Origin: an uncultured Rhodanobacteraceae bacterium
GTDB lineage: Bacteria > Pseudomonadota > Gammaproteobacteria > Xanthomonadales > Rhodanobacteraceae
Assembly: GCA_964509025.1 (NCBI GenBank)
Contig: CAZDWH010000001.1
Coordinates: 1 to 50,812, forward strand
DNA: 50,812 nucleotides
Direction: 5' to 3'
Part shown: in pieces, positions 40,672 to 50,299 of the stretch
How the letters are laid out: each line of letters starts with the position of its first letter
How positions within the stretch are numbered: position 1 is the stretch's first letter
The notes under the pieces: model-generated
The model's input: only the letters and a program-made list of their open reading frames with translations
Database searches by the model: none
What the model was told of the DNA's origin: nothing
Made by a program: the position numbers and the translations under genes

Positions 40672-41142
40672 ATGAAATTCCTCATTGCGCTAGGCATCGC
40701 CATGACTTTTTTTCTGGACGACGCTCAAGGCTGCGAACGCAGGCTGTTCGGCACATGGAAGTCTGACGCTGAGACCTCGATGACGTTCATCCGAAACAAC
40801 GCAAAACTGCAACCTAAGACAGATGCGTTTCTTTCCGCGTTATTGGGTCACATGACCATGACGTTTGCGAAAGGCGAAGTTCATTCAGTCATGCCAGACA
40901 TTGAGGTATCGGTATCGGGCGAGCCGCGTCCATTTGCCGGCTTCGAAGAGCGAAAGGCTTACAAGATTCTGTTTTGCAACAAATCCACCATTGTCTGGTC
41001 GGCGAGACGTCCTTTCAGTGAAGAAGACGAAGCCACCACGTTTACCTTTGTCGGGCCGGACACAGTGTGGATATACCTGGGGAGCGTGGTTCCCGGAGTA
41101 CCTGATTTGCATGCCAGAGAGTATTTTCAAAGAGCCCACTGA
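40672..41142 (+). CDS. Hypothetical exported protein (lower GC)
   Basis: AGGA RBS, signal-like MKFLIALGIAMTFF, LFGTWK motif. Fills the rnt-FmdB gap. Confidence 0.65.
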   Translation: MKFLIALGIAMTFFLDDAQGCERRLFGTWKSDAETSMTFIRNNAKLQPKTDAFLSALLGHMTMTFAKGEVHSVMPDIEVSVSGEPRPFAGFEERKAYKILFCNKSTIVWSARRPFSEEDEATTFTFVGPDTVWIYLGSVVPGVPDLHAREYFQRAH

Positions 41143-41203
41143 GGAAATCCTCAGCACGCGCACGCCGCTTGAGTTCAAGCAACAAGCGCCCCATCATTGC
41201 TCC

Positions 41204-41485
41204 ATGCCCATCTACGAATACGCGGCGATCAACAAAGGCTGCGCCCACTGCGAAGCGCATTTCGACCTGCGCCAGAAACTCGCCGACGCAGAGCTGACCG
41301 CATGCCCACAGTGCGGCGCGCCGGTGCAACGCGTGCTCAGCGCACCAAATGTCGCGATCGGCGGCGCGCATCTGCTGAAGGAATCGAACGTCGAGAAGAA
41401 GGGCTTCACGCAGTATCGCCGCGCGGGCAAGGGCGTGTACGAGAAGACCGCCGGCAAAGGCCCGAAGTACATCAGCGGCGATTAG
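41204..41485 (+). CDS. FmdB-family zinc-ribbon protein
   Basis: MPIYEY...CAHC...CPQCG...RVLSAP, C-terminal GFTQYRRAGKGVYEK. Confidence 0.88.
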   Translation: MPIYEYAAINKGCAHCEAHFDLRQKLADAELTACPQCGAPVQRVLSAPNVAIGGAHLLKESNVEKKGFTQYRRAGKGVYEKTAGKGPKYISGD

Positions 41486-41518
41486 TCCGCATCCCACCGA
41501 AGTTTCTTGCTCTCGCTT

Positions 41519-41916
41519 CTGCGCGCACGATGCGCGCGCGGTTGCTCTTCCGGGGGTCCCCATTCCATTGCGGCGGCAGCGGACGATCAGGCCCGCAAGG
41601 GTCGGCGCGGGACCGCGCCGACTTCGCGGGGTACACGGACGTACCTTCCGCGAAGCCCGGCCGATGACGCGGACTTTTCGCGCACGATGCGCGAAAAGCG
41701 CAATGGCCTGGGGCGTGTTCTTTTGGTTACTTTTCTTGCACGAGCAAGAAAAGTGACTCGCTCGCCGGGACGGCGAGTGAAAGCTGTGGCTCTCAAGACA
41801 ACAAAGCAATGGCGCTGGATTACACGCGGCAATCCTGCCGCGTGCCCTCCGGGCCTTCGCAACGCGAATGTTCGCTCCGGCATCCTGCCTTCGCAGTCCG
41901 GCTTGCACCGGAATGA
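41519..41916. repeat. Composite, highly palindromic intergenic repeat with nested 75-bp module at 41821-41896
   Basis: Consecutive hairpins: GCGCGCA-CGA-TGCGCGC, GTCGGCGCGG-GA-CCGCGCCGAC, CTTTTCGCGCA-CGA-TGCGCGAAAAG, ACTTTTCTTGC-ACGA-GCAAGAAAAGT, CTCGCCG-GGA-CGGCGAG. The module is shared with 1849-1923 and 50051-50125. Confidence 0.75.
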
Positions 41917-42039
41917 AGAGCAGAACAGAAGCGCTGACATATGGCGCCCACCAATCCCCCCATAGCCCGGCGTTATTTGCCTAGGCCCGCGACAGAGGAA
42001 TACGCTTAAGCACTTTTGCGCTGACCCAAGGACGTCGCC

Positions 42040-42981
42040 ATGGCCATCTACAACAGCATCCTCGACACCATCGGCCGCACGCCGATCGTCAAGATCAATC
42101 GCCTCGCGCCTGCCGGCGTCGAGATGTACGTCAAGGTCGAAGCCTTCAATCCGGGCGCTTCGGTCAAGGATCGTCTCGCCATCGCGATCATTCTCGACGC
42201 CGAGGCGCGCGGCACGCTCAAGCCCGGCCAGACCGTGGTCGAGGCGACCAGCGGCAACACCGGCGTCGCGCTCGCGATGGTCTGCGCGGCCAAGGGTTAT
42301 CCATTCGTCGCCTTCATGGCCGAAACCTTCTCGGTCGAGCGGCGCAAGCTGATGCGCGCGTTCGGTGCGAAAGTAATCCTCACGCCCGCGGCCGAGCGCG
42401 GCAGCGGCATGGTGAAGCGCGCGAAGGAATACGCGGAAAGGACCGGCGCATTCCTCGCGCGCCAGTTCGAGAACGAGGCCAATCCCTCGTACCACCGCAA
42501 CACGACCGGCCCGGAAATCCTGCAGGACTTCGCCGGCAAGCGCCTGGACTACTACGTCACCGGCTGGGGCACCGGCGGCACCTTCACCGGCGCGGGCGAG
42601 ATGATCCGTCTGGCGCGTCCGGAAACGAAGATCGTGCTGGCCGAGCCTGCGGTCGCTGCACTCGTTTCGGGCCAGGAGTGGAAGCCGCACAAGATCCAGG
42701 GTTGGACGCCGGACTTCGTGCCCGCGGTGTTGAACAAGAACGTCGCGCACGAAATCGTCCAGGTCGACGAAGTCGTCGCGCGCGACACCGCGCGCGCGCT
42801 CGCACAGAAGGAAGGCATCTTCGTCGGCATCTCGTCGGGCGGCACCTTTGCGGCGGCGCTCGATGTGGCGAAGAAGGCCAAGCAGGGCGACGTGATCCTC
42901 GCGATGCTGCCCGACACAGGCGAGCGCTATCTCTCGACCTTCCTGTTCGAAGGCGTCAACGAGGGTAGCGACGAAGAATGA
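42040..42981 (+). CDS. cysK: Cysteine synthase A
   Basis: IGRTP, NPGASVKDR (PLP Lys), TSGNTG, GTGGT, HKIQG, PDTGERYLST. Confidence 0.95.
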   Translation: MAIYNSILDTIGRTPIVKINRLAPAGVEMYVKVEAFNPGASVKDRLAIAIILDAEARGTLKPGQTVVEATSGNTGVALAMVCAAKGYPFVAFMAETFSVERRKLMRAFGAKVILTPAAERGSGMVKRAKEYAERTGAFLARQFENEANPSYHRNTTGPEILQDFAGKRLDYYVTGWGTGGTFTGAGEMIRLARPETKIVLAEPAVAALVSGQEWKPHKIQGWTPDFVPAVLNKNVAHEIVQVDEVVARDTARALAQKEGIFVGISSGGTFAAALDVAKKAKQGDVILAMLPDTGERYLSTFLFEGVNEGSDEE

Positions 42982-43008
42982 GTCGATGCGCGCCGTGGCC
43001 CTGAGGCA

Positions 43009-43524
43009 TCAAGCCGCGGCGCATTTCTTCACGGTATCCCACGTGCGTGTCGTGATGTCCTTGCCGAAGGTCTTTTCGAGCAGCGTCATGAACACCGGAT
43101 TGCCTGGATTCGGCGTGTAGACCGTGAAAATCTCGCAGCCTTGCAGCGCAAGGATGCGCGCGCCCTCCGTTTCTGGCGGCAGCTTGGCCAGCGCTTTGCG
43201 CGGCTCGCGCAGGAACGTGACCACGCGCTTCGCGTTCGTCGGCACGCGATACGCGGCGTAAGGATCGGCCGCGATCAAATCCTCGAGCCGGCTCACTGAG
43301 CGCACGATCGTATAGAAACTGCGATCGAGCTGCTGCGTCATCGTCGTTTCGATCTTGCGTGCCAATGCGAGCTCAGTCGCAGCGCGTGCGTCGAACACGA
43401 CATTGCCGCTCGACAGCACGGTCTTGACGTTGCCGAAGCCGGCTGCCTCGAAGCAGCGCTTGAGCTCGGGCATCTTCGCGTTCATCGGACTGACCCCGCG
43501 AAGGAAGGCGACATAACGCGGCAT
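43009..43524 (-). CDS. DUF1697-family protein
   Basis: YVAFLRGV, VKTVLSSGNVVF, TTRTWDTV. Confidence 0.85.
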   Translation of the reverse strand: MPRYVAFLRGVSPMNAKMPELKRCFEAAGFGNVKTVLSSGNVVFDARAATELALARKIETTMTQQLDRSFYTIVRSVSRLEDLIAADPYAAYRVPTNAKRVVTFLREPRKALAKLPPETEGARILALQGCEIFTVYTPNPGNPVFMTLLEKTFGKDITTRTWDTVKKCAAA

Positions 43525-43530
43525 GGCCTG

Positions 43531-43779
43531 TTACTCCATTTGGCGCAGGCGCCAGCCGCGCACCATGCCATAGATGCTGATCGCCACCCACGCCGCCTCG
43601 ACGACGAAGGCCGAGAGATTGAAATTGTAGAACAGCGACAACACCACGGCGGCAGCGCCGATGGCATTCATCGCCTGATAGATGAAACCGGTGCCATGCA
43701 GCCTGCCGGCCTGCAGCAACAGGAACGCGGTCAAGGTAACGAACACACCGAACAGCCCAACCCAATCATGCCAATGCAT
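43531..43779 (-). CDS. Small 3-TM membrane protein (CBU_0592-like)
   Basis: DWVGLFG...YQAMNAIGA...NLSAFVVEAAWVAISIYG. GAAGGA RBS. Confidence 0.8.
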   Translation of the reverse strand: MHWHDWVGLFGVFVTLTAFLLLQAGRLHGTGFIYQAMNAIGAAAVVLSLFYNFNLSAFVVEAAWVAISIYGMVRGWRLRQME

Positions 43780-43800
43780 GTTGTCGTCCTTCGTCGTGCG

Positions 43801-44547
43801 TTAGCGTGCGCGCTGCCGCAGCGCTTCGAACAGCGTCACGCCGGTCGCGACGGACACGTTGAGGCTCTCGACGGCGCCCTTCATCGGAATACGTGCGAGG
43901 AAATCGCAAGCCTCGGCGGTGAGACGACGCATGCCCTCGCCTTCGCTGCCTATCACGATCGCGAGCGAACCTTTGAGATCGAGCTGGTAGAAGTCCTGCG
44001 GCGCCTCGCCGGCTAGGCCGACGAGCCATACGCCCTTGTCCTTGAGCGCTTTCAGAGTGCGCGCGAGATTGGTCACGGCGAAGAAAGGCACGCGGTCGGC
44101 TGCGCCGCTCGACGCGCGGCGCACGGTCGGCGTGATGCCGGCAGCGCGATCCTTCGGCACGACCACGGCGGTAACACCGGCAGCTTCGGCGCTGCGCAGG
44201 CAGGCGCCGAGATTGTGCGGATCGGTCACGCCGTCGAGCACGAGCAACAAAGTATCCTTTTGCGCATTTTCCACCAGCGCATACAATTCGTTCTCCGCGC
44301 GTGGCGGCGGTGTCCTGTAGCGCGCCACGGCACCCTGGTGTCGCGCGCCACCAGTCATCTTGTCGAGTGCTGCCTTGTCGCGTGCATGCGGCTTCACGCC
44401 GGCTTCGCGCGCCTTTTCGGATAGTTCCTTCAGGCGCGCATTGTGGCTGTCGGCTTCGATGTAAAGTTCGAGGATGTTCTTCGGATCGTGCGTCAGCGCC
44501 GCCTCGACCGTGTTGATGCCGAACAGCAGTTCGCCGCTGGTGCTCAT
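43801..44547 (-). CDS. rlmB: 23S rRNA Gm2251 2'-O-methyltransferase
   Basis: HQGAVA, LDGVTDPHNLGACLRSA, GSEGEG, VESLNVSVA. ATG overlaps the rnr stop. Confidence 0.97.
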   Translation of the reverse strand: MSTSGELLFGINTVEAALTHDPKNILELYIEADSHNARLKELSEKAREAGVKPHARDKAALDKMTGGARHQGAVARYRTPPPRAENELYALVENAQKDTLLLVLDGVTDPHNLGACLRSAEAAGVTAVVVPKDRAAGITPTVRRASSGAADRVPFFAVTNLARTLKALKDKGVWLVGLAGEAPQDFYQLDLKGSLAIVIGSEGEGMRRLTAEACDFLARIPMKGAVESLNVSVATGVTLFEALRQRAR

Positions 44548-47012
44548 TTGCGTTTCTTTCCTTTCGCCTTGGTCGCCTTGTCCTGCACAACGACCGGCAG
44601 TTCGCGCGACGCGGCAGTGGATTGATCCGGCACGAGCCTGAAGTCGATCTTGCGATCCTCCATGCTCGCGCGCAGCACCTGCACGCGCACGGCGTCGCCG
44701 AGGCGGAACTCGAGCCCGCGTCGCTCGCCCGTGAGCAGATGCCGCACCGGATCGAAATGGTAGTAATCGTTCGGCAGCTGCGTGATGTGCACGAGCCCGG
44801 ACACTTGCGATTCCTTCAGCTCGACGAACAAGCCGAACGAGGTCACGCCCGAAACGATGCCGTCGAATTCGCTGCCGACGTGCTTCTCCATCCAGGCGCA
44901 TTTGTAGCGCTCGTCGACATCGCGCTCGGCCTCGTCGGCGCGGCGCTCATTGTGCGAGCAATGCGTGGCGAGTCCAGCCATCTCATTCGGGCTGTAGGTG
45001 TAATCGGACGGTCGCGCGCGGCTCAGCGCGTAGCGGATCGCGCGATGCACGAGCAGATCGGGATAGCGCCGTATCGGCGAGGTGAAATGCGCATAGTGAT
45101 CGAGCGCAAGGCCGAAGTGACCCGCGTCCTCGGCGCTGTACACCGCAAGCGATTGTGAGCGCAGCAGCACGGATTCGATCAGGCTCGCATCGGGGCGACT
45201 GCGGATTTTTTTCAGTATCGCGGTGAAATCGCCAGGAGTAACGTCGGCATGCGGAGGCATCTTCAACGCAAACTCGCGCAGGAATTCCTGCAGGTCTTCG
45301 TATTTCGATTCAGGCGGCGGCGCGTGCACGCGGAACAGCGCGGGAATCTTGTGCTTGTCGAGAAACTTCGCTGCCTCGACGTTGGCGGCGATCATGCATT
45401 CCTCGATCAGCTTGTGCGCGTCGTTGCGCTCTTCGGCGCCGAGCTGCACGACCTCGCCTGAGGGCGCGAGGCGGAACTTGACCTCGTGACTGCCGAAATC
45501 GATCGCGCCACGCCGCTGCCGCGCCTTGGCGAGGATGCGATACAGCTGATGCAGGTGTTCGAGCTGCGGCAGCACGTCGGCGAGTTCGGCACGCGCGTCG
45601 GCATGGTTTTCGCCGAGCGCCTGCCACACGCGCGTATACGTGAGTCGCGCGTGCGAGCGCATCACCGCGGAGTGAAACTTCGCGCGCGACACTTCGCCGT
45701 CGTAGCCGACGTGCATCTCGCACACCATGCACAGACGCTCGACTTTCGGATTGAGCGAGCAGATGCCGTTCGACAGCGTCTCCGGCAGCATCGGCACGAC
45801 AAAGCCGGGGAAATACACCGAGGTCGCGCGCTTGACCGCTTCCTCATCGAGCGCGGTGCCTGGACGTACGTAATGCGACACGTCAGCGATCGCGACTACG
45901 AGGCGGAAGCCGCCTTGCACCGGTTCGGCGAAGACAGCGTCGTCGAAGTCACGCGCATCTTCACCGTCGATCGTCACGAGCGGCAACTTGCGCAGATCGA
46001 CACGGCCGGCGATCTCGTCGCGCGTGACCTGCGGTTCGACCTGCTCGGCTTCGAGCAGCGCCGCCGGCGGCCACTCATGCGGCAGGCCGTGACTCGCGAT
46101 CGCCATCTCGACGATCAGCGACGGCGTGAGGCGCTCGCCGAGCACGCTGACGATTTCGCCGATCGGCCCGCGCTGCGCGGTCGGCGGCTGCGTGATCTGT
46201 GCGACGACGATCTGGCCCGAGCGCGCGCCCTGGTCCTTGCCGGGCGCAATCATCACATCCTGGTGCAGGCGCCGATCGTCGGGCACCACCATGATGACGC
46301 CGTTCTCGACCAGCACGCGCCCGACCACGCGCGAGGCGCGGCGTTCGAGCACTTCGCAGATCGCACCTTGCTTGCGTCCGCGCCGGTCGACGCCGATGAC
46401 ATTGGCGAGTACGCGATCGCCGTGCATCACCTTGCGCATCTCGGCCGGCGACAGGTAGAGATCGTCGCTCTTGTCGGTCGCGCCATCGTCCGGACGCAGA
46501 AAACCGAAGCCTTCGGCGTTGGCGATGATGGTGCCGGGAATCAGATCGAGCTTCTTCGCGACGCCATAGCCACCGCGACGGTTTTGCAGCAATTGACCGT
46601 CGCGTACCATCGCGGCGAGACGCTTGGTCAGCGCCTCGACATCGCGCTCGCTGGTCAGATGCAGTTCCTGCGCGAGCGCCTCGGTGGTCATCAGTTGACC
46701 GCGGTCGGAAAGCAGTTGCGTGATCGCCTCGCGACTTGGAATCGGATAGGCGTAACGCTCGGCCTCGCGCTGCGCATGCGGATCGGGCGTGTGCGGCGGC
46801 GACTTGCCTTTGCGTTTAGGGCCGGGGGCGGAGGGCGGCACATTCCTGACCGAAGCCCGCGCACTGAAGGCAGGCGTGCGCTTCGCGTCGGTACGCTTGC
46901 CCTTGCGCGCAGGTGCAGTCGCGCTCGTACGCGCGGGAAGCTCGGGCATCCACGGCGGGCGCTTCGACGTGGATTTGCCACCCGGCTTCGAGGGTTTGCG
47001 CTTCTGCTTCAC
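44544..47012 (-). CDS. rnr: Ribonuclease R
   Basis: YPIPSRE, GFGF, TIDGEDARDFDDA, HFTSPIRRYPDL, C-terminal S1 domain. Basic N-terminal extension; start uncertain. Confidence 0.97.
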   Translation of the reverse strand: MKQKRKPSKPGGKSTSKRPPWMPELPARTSATAPARKGKRTDAKRTPAFSARASVRNVPPSAPGPKRKGKSPPHTPDPHAQREAERYAYPIPSREAITQLLSDRGQLMTTEALAQELHLTSERDVEALTKRLAAMVRDGQLLQNRRGGYGVAKKLDLIPGTIIANAEGFGFLRPDDGATDKSDDLYLSPAEMRKVMHGDRVLANVIGVDRRGRKQGAICEVLERRASRVVGRVLVENGVIMVVPDDRRLHQDVMIAPGKDQGARSGQIVVAQITQPPTAQRGPIGEIVSVLGERLTPSLIVEMAIASHGLPHEWPPAALLEAEQVEPQVTRDEIAGRVDLRKLPLVTIDGEDARDFDDAVFAEPVQGGFRLVVAIADVSHYVRPGTALDEEAVKRATSVYFPGFVVPMLPETLSNGICSLNPKVERLCMVCEMHVGYDGEVSRAKFHSAVMRSHARLTYTRVWQALGENHADARAELADVLPQLEHLHQLYRILAKARQRRGAIDFGSHEVKFRLAPSGEVVQLGAEERNDAHKLIEECMIAANVEAAKFLDKHKIPALFRVHAPPPESKYEDLQEFLREFALKMPPHADVTPGDFTAILKKIRSRPDASLIESVLLRSQSLAVYSAEDAGHFGLALDHYAHFTSPIRRYPDLLVHRAIRYALSRARPSDYTYSPNEMAGLATHCSHNERRADEAERDVDERYKCAWMEKHVGSEFDGIVSGVTSFGLFVELKESQVSGLVHITQLPNDYYHFDPVRHLLTGERRGLEFRLGDAVRVQVLRASMEDRKIDFRLVPDQSTAASRELPVVVQDKATKAKGKKRK

Positions 47013-47078
47013 TGCCTGCTCGTCTCGTCCATATGCGATGGATGATACCCGAGAAGCAGCGCGAAACCGCGATGGCGC

Positions 47079-48257
47079 CTATCGTTCCCGCGATGCCGCG
47101 CCCGCCACCGGTGTGGCGCGCGGCCAGTAGTCGCGCTCGATGATCGCGTACAGCGCCGCGGTGAAGCGATCGGCATCGGCCTGCGCGAGATGCGACCACT
47201 CGGGCAAATTGAGCCCCTGCAACTCGGGATGATCCATGAAGTGAATGCCCGGCGCGCCGGTGCGGGCCAGCAGCACATCCCAGGTCTTCTCGCGCGGGAA
47301 CACCTTGTCGTCGAATTCGAGGTAGCGATCCGAGGTCGGCGCGCGCACGAACAACACCGGCACGCCGCGTGCGCGCAATTTGGCGACCGCGTCGACGGCG
47401 CGCTGGATCTGCGCATCGATGAGCTTCTGCAACTTTTCCGGCGTATCCATGTTCGGCGGCGGTGGGCCGCCGAAATGCTCCGCCCAGATGTTCCTGGCCA
47501 GCTCGCGGTACTGCGCATCGGTTTCGAGCTTGCTCCACAGATGCGTGTTGCGATCGGCTTCCTGCACGAACAGTTTGCGCACTTCCGTATGCGCCGGCAC
47601 GCCGGGTCGCGGCGGCCAGGCCTGACGCTTGAGCACGGCGGCGAGTGCGAAGTCGAAGTCGTAGAACGCAAACCAGGGCTCGATCAGCTTGCGCGACAGC
47701 CAGTTGCCGATACGCTGCGATGGCGTCTCCTTGTGATAGTACGGCACCACGTCGCCGCGGAACGCAAACCCGGTGAAGAACAAGTCCGACGCCACGCCAA
47801 CCAGCACGCGGCCAGTGAATTGCGGGTCCGCGGCGAGATCTTCGAGCACCAGCAGCGACGTGGTGCCTTCCATCGCCAGCTGTATCGGGCGCTCGCCGGC
47901 GAGCTTCTCCCAGACCTGCAATTGCACGTCGGACAAGATGCGTGACGACCCGGTCAGCACCGTCCTGCCGCCTTCGCCGCTGTCGATGCGCCGGCGCTGC
48001 TGCGCCCACTCGCCATTGCTGTTGTTGTACCCAGGAATTGCGCCCTGGGTACGCCAGTAGCCTTCCCATGCCGCCAGCAGCAACAGCATCAGGGTCAGCG
48101 CGCCGAAGAAAACGGGCCGCCATGGCTGCACCGGGATATCGCGCACCGGCACCGGTTGCGCCACACCGGGACGGTCGGCCGCGGTGACACGCGCGTAGTC
48201 GCCGCGGAACACCACAGGTGCGGAGGTGGATCCGTTCTGAACGTCTTCTCGCAGCAT
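47079..48257 (-). CDS. Membrane-anchored SGNH/DltD/AlgJ-like protein (MBOAT partner)
   Basis: N-terminal TM, VLTGSSR block-I-like motif, C-terminal EWSHL. 12 nt downstream of the MBOAT gene. Confidence 0.65.
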   Translation of the reverse strand: MLREDVQNGSTSAPVVFRGDYARVTAADRPGVAQPVPVRDIPVQPWRPVFFGALTLMLLLLAAWEGYWRTQGAIPGYNNSNGEWAQQRRRIDSGEGGRTVLTGSSRILSDVQLQVWEKLAGERPIQLAMEGTTSLLVLEDLAADPQFTGRVLVGVASDLFFTGFAFRGDVVPYYHKETPSQRIGNWLSRKLIEPWFAFYDFDFALAAVLKRQAWPPRPGVPAHTEVRKLFVQEADRNTHLWSKLETDAQYRELARNIWAEHFGGPPPPNMDTPEKLQKLIDAQIQRAVDAVAKLRARGVPVLFVRAPTSDRYLEFDDKVFPREKTWDVLLARTGAPGIHFMDHPELQGLNLPEWSHLAQADADRFTAALYAIIERDYWPRATPVAGAASRER

Positions 48258-48269
48258 GCTCTCGCTCCG

Positions 48270-49685
48270 TCAGAACTGGAAGTAGATGAAGGACGCGCCG
48301 GTGCCCTGCGCGATGACGATCGCAAACGCCATCAGGCCCCACACCGCGCAGACGGCGACAGGGTGCGTGCGCGCCACGACCGATTCGAGCGTGCGCGCGC
48401 GCATGAGCCAGTGAGTCAGCACGAGGCCGCCGACGATCGCGACCGCGAAGACCAATGATGAAGTCGCCAGTATCGGCTTCGTTCCGTCATTCAGCCCGAG
48501 CATGCCGAGCAGCACGCTCCAGGCTTTGCCGAAGGTCTTTGCGCGGAAGAACACCCAAGTCACGTTGACCAGCGTGTAGGTGAGCAGGCCGAGTGCGACG
48601 AACGCGAGCGGCCCGGGTTTGTATCCCGCGAAGCGGGCTCGCAGGAAGCGTTCGGCCGCGAGATAGACGCCGTGCAACCCACCCCACACAACGAAAGTCC
48701 AGCTCGCGCCGTGCCACAGGCCGCCGAGCAGCATCGTGCCCATCAATGCCATGTAAGTTCGCGCAGGTCCGTGCTTGTTGCCGCCGAGCGGGATGTACAG
48801 ATAATCGCGCAGCCATGCAGATAGCGTGATGTGCCAGCGCCGCCAGAAGTCGGAGAAGCCGACCGCGGCGTAGGGAAAACGGAAATTGTCCGGCATCGCA
48901 AAACCGAGACACATCGCCGCGCCGATCGCCGTGGTCGAATAGCCGGCGAAGTCGCAGAAAATCTGTCCGCTGAAGGCGAGCGTGCCGATCCACGCGTCGA
49001 CGAAACCAGGCACTTTGTCGGCGTCGTATACTTTTTCCGCGATCGACGCGAGAAAACCGTCGGCGAGCACGATCTTGTTGAACAGGCCGAGCGTCATCAG
49101 CGCCAGGCCGAAGCGCAACTGGTCGGCGCTCGCGCGACGCGGCTGCTCGAACTGCGGCACCAGTTCGGTCGGACGCATGATCGGTCCGGCGACGAGATGC
49201 GGGAAGAAGGTCACGAACAGCGCGTAGTCGAGCAGGTTCTTCGCCGGCTCGGCGCGGCGCAGATACACGTCGAGCGTGTAGGCCATCGTCGCGAAGGTGT
49301 AGAACGAGATGCCGACCGGCAGCACGATGTCGGCTTTCGCCGGCTGAAACGGCAGGCCGAGCGCATGCATCAGCGCGGTGAAGTTGTCGAGCAGGAAGCC
49401 GCCGTATTTGAAATAACCGAGCATGCCGAGGTTGGCCACGACCGAAAGCAGCATCCACGCATGTCGCGCCGATTCACGCTTCGCCTTCACCAAACCCTGC
49501 GCGGCATACCAGTCGATCACGGTCGAGATCCACAGCAGGATCACGAACGGCGGATTCCAGGCCGCATAGAACAGGTAGCTCGCGAGCAGCAGGTTGACCT
49601 TCTTCGTCGTCCAGCCGAACGGCAGGTTGTGCATGACGAGCACGCACGCGAAGAACACCACGAATGTCAGCGAATTGAAGACCAT
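48270..49685 (-). CDS. MBOAT-family O-acyltransferase (AlgI/DltB-like)
   Basis: MVFNS, LPVGISFYTF, FFPHLVAGPI, DFAGYS, NFRFPY, FWRRWHITLS, YIPLGG, GLWHGA (catalytic His). Confidence 0.93.
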   Translation of the reverse strand: MVFNSLTFVVFFACVLVMHNLPFGWTTKKVNLLLASYLFYAAWNPPFVILLWISTVIDWYAAQGLVKAKRESARHAWMLLSVVANLGMLGYFKYGGFLLDNFTALMHALGLPFQPAKADIVLPVGISFYTFATMAYTLDVYLRRAEPAKNLLDYALFVTFFPHLVAGPIMRPTELVPQFEQPRRASADQLRFGLALMTLGLFNKIVLADGFLASIAEKVYDADKVPGFVDAWIGTLAFSGQIFCDFAGYSTTAIGAAMCLGFAMPDNFRFPYAAVGFSDFWRRWHITLSAWLRDYLYIPLGGNKHGPARTYMALMGTMLLGGLWHGASWTFVVWGGLHGVYLAAERFLRARFAGYKPGPLAFVALGLLTYTLVNVTWVFFRAKTFGKAWSVLLGMLGLNDGTKPILATSSLVFAVAIVGGLVLTHWLMRARTLESVVARTHPVAVCAVWGLMAFAIVIAQGTGASFIYFQF

Positions 49686-49801
49686 GGTTGCCCCTTGCAA
49701 CGTGATGTGCGGCGTGTCCCGATGCGACACGACTATCCCCGGTCCTCATATTGGCACAGATTGTGAAGTGGGACACACTTTTACGCAGATCGGGATTACG
49801 A

Positions 49802-49830
49802 TTGACAATACGGCCCACGACCATTATCGT
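49802..49830 (+). promoter_or_regulatory. Sigma-70 promoter of the tRNA gene
   Basis: TTGACA-N17-TATCGT followed by a GC-rich discriminator, 33 nt before the tRNA. Confidence 0.7.
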
Positions 49831-49863
49831 TCGCGACCCCTGCGCAACCCGCAGCGGCACCTT

Positions 49864-49948
<85 letters not shown>

Positions 49949-49955
49949 ACGAAAT

Positions 49956-49980
49956 AAGCCGCAGCGAGTGCGGCTTTTTT
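49956..49980 (+). terminator. Intrinsic terminator after tRNA-Leu
   Basis: AAGCCGCA-GCGAG-TGCGGCTT followed by a T run. Confidence 0.85.
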
Positions 49981-50213
49981 GTGCCTGTGCCGAAAGCTAC
50001 TGCGCTCGGCCCGATTCTAGACAGGATCGGGCGCACCGGCGGTGCTTGGACTGCGCAGGCAGGATGCCGGAGCGAACATTCGCACAGCGAATGGCCCGAA
50101 GGGCGAGCCGCGGATGCGGCGAGTCATCCTCATGTACTCGACTGTACACTCCGGTTCCTGCGCTCCGGCGTCGCGCGACCTGCCTTCGCTCGCTACGATT
50201 TCGACACAGGTAC
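49981..50213. mobile_element. MITE-like palindromic element, copy B (233 bp, inverted relative to copy A), nested module at 50051-50125
   Basis: Interior is closely similar to the reverse complement of about 1779-1963. Terminal inverted repeats GTGCCTGTGCCGAAA / TTTCGACACAGGTAC match 13/15. Confidence 0.72.
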
Positions 50214-50299
50214 GCGCGTGCTGCGCTGAAGCGCCTTGTATCGCGCATCCGTGCCTCCATCTTCGGCTATCCTTGCGCTCTTTTCGCTAGCGATCCGCC

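Noticed and set aside
41507-41965. ORFs across the palindromic region upstream of cysK and across 49968-50303
   Set aside because: Arg-rich translations of repeat DNA with no RBS or family signal.
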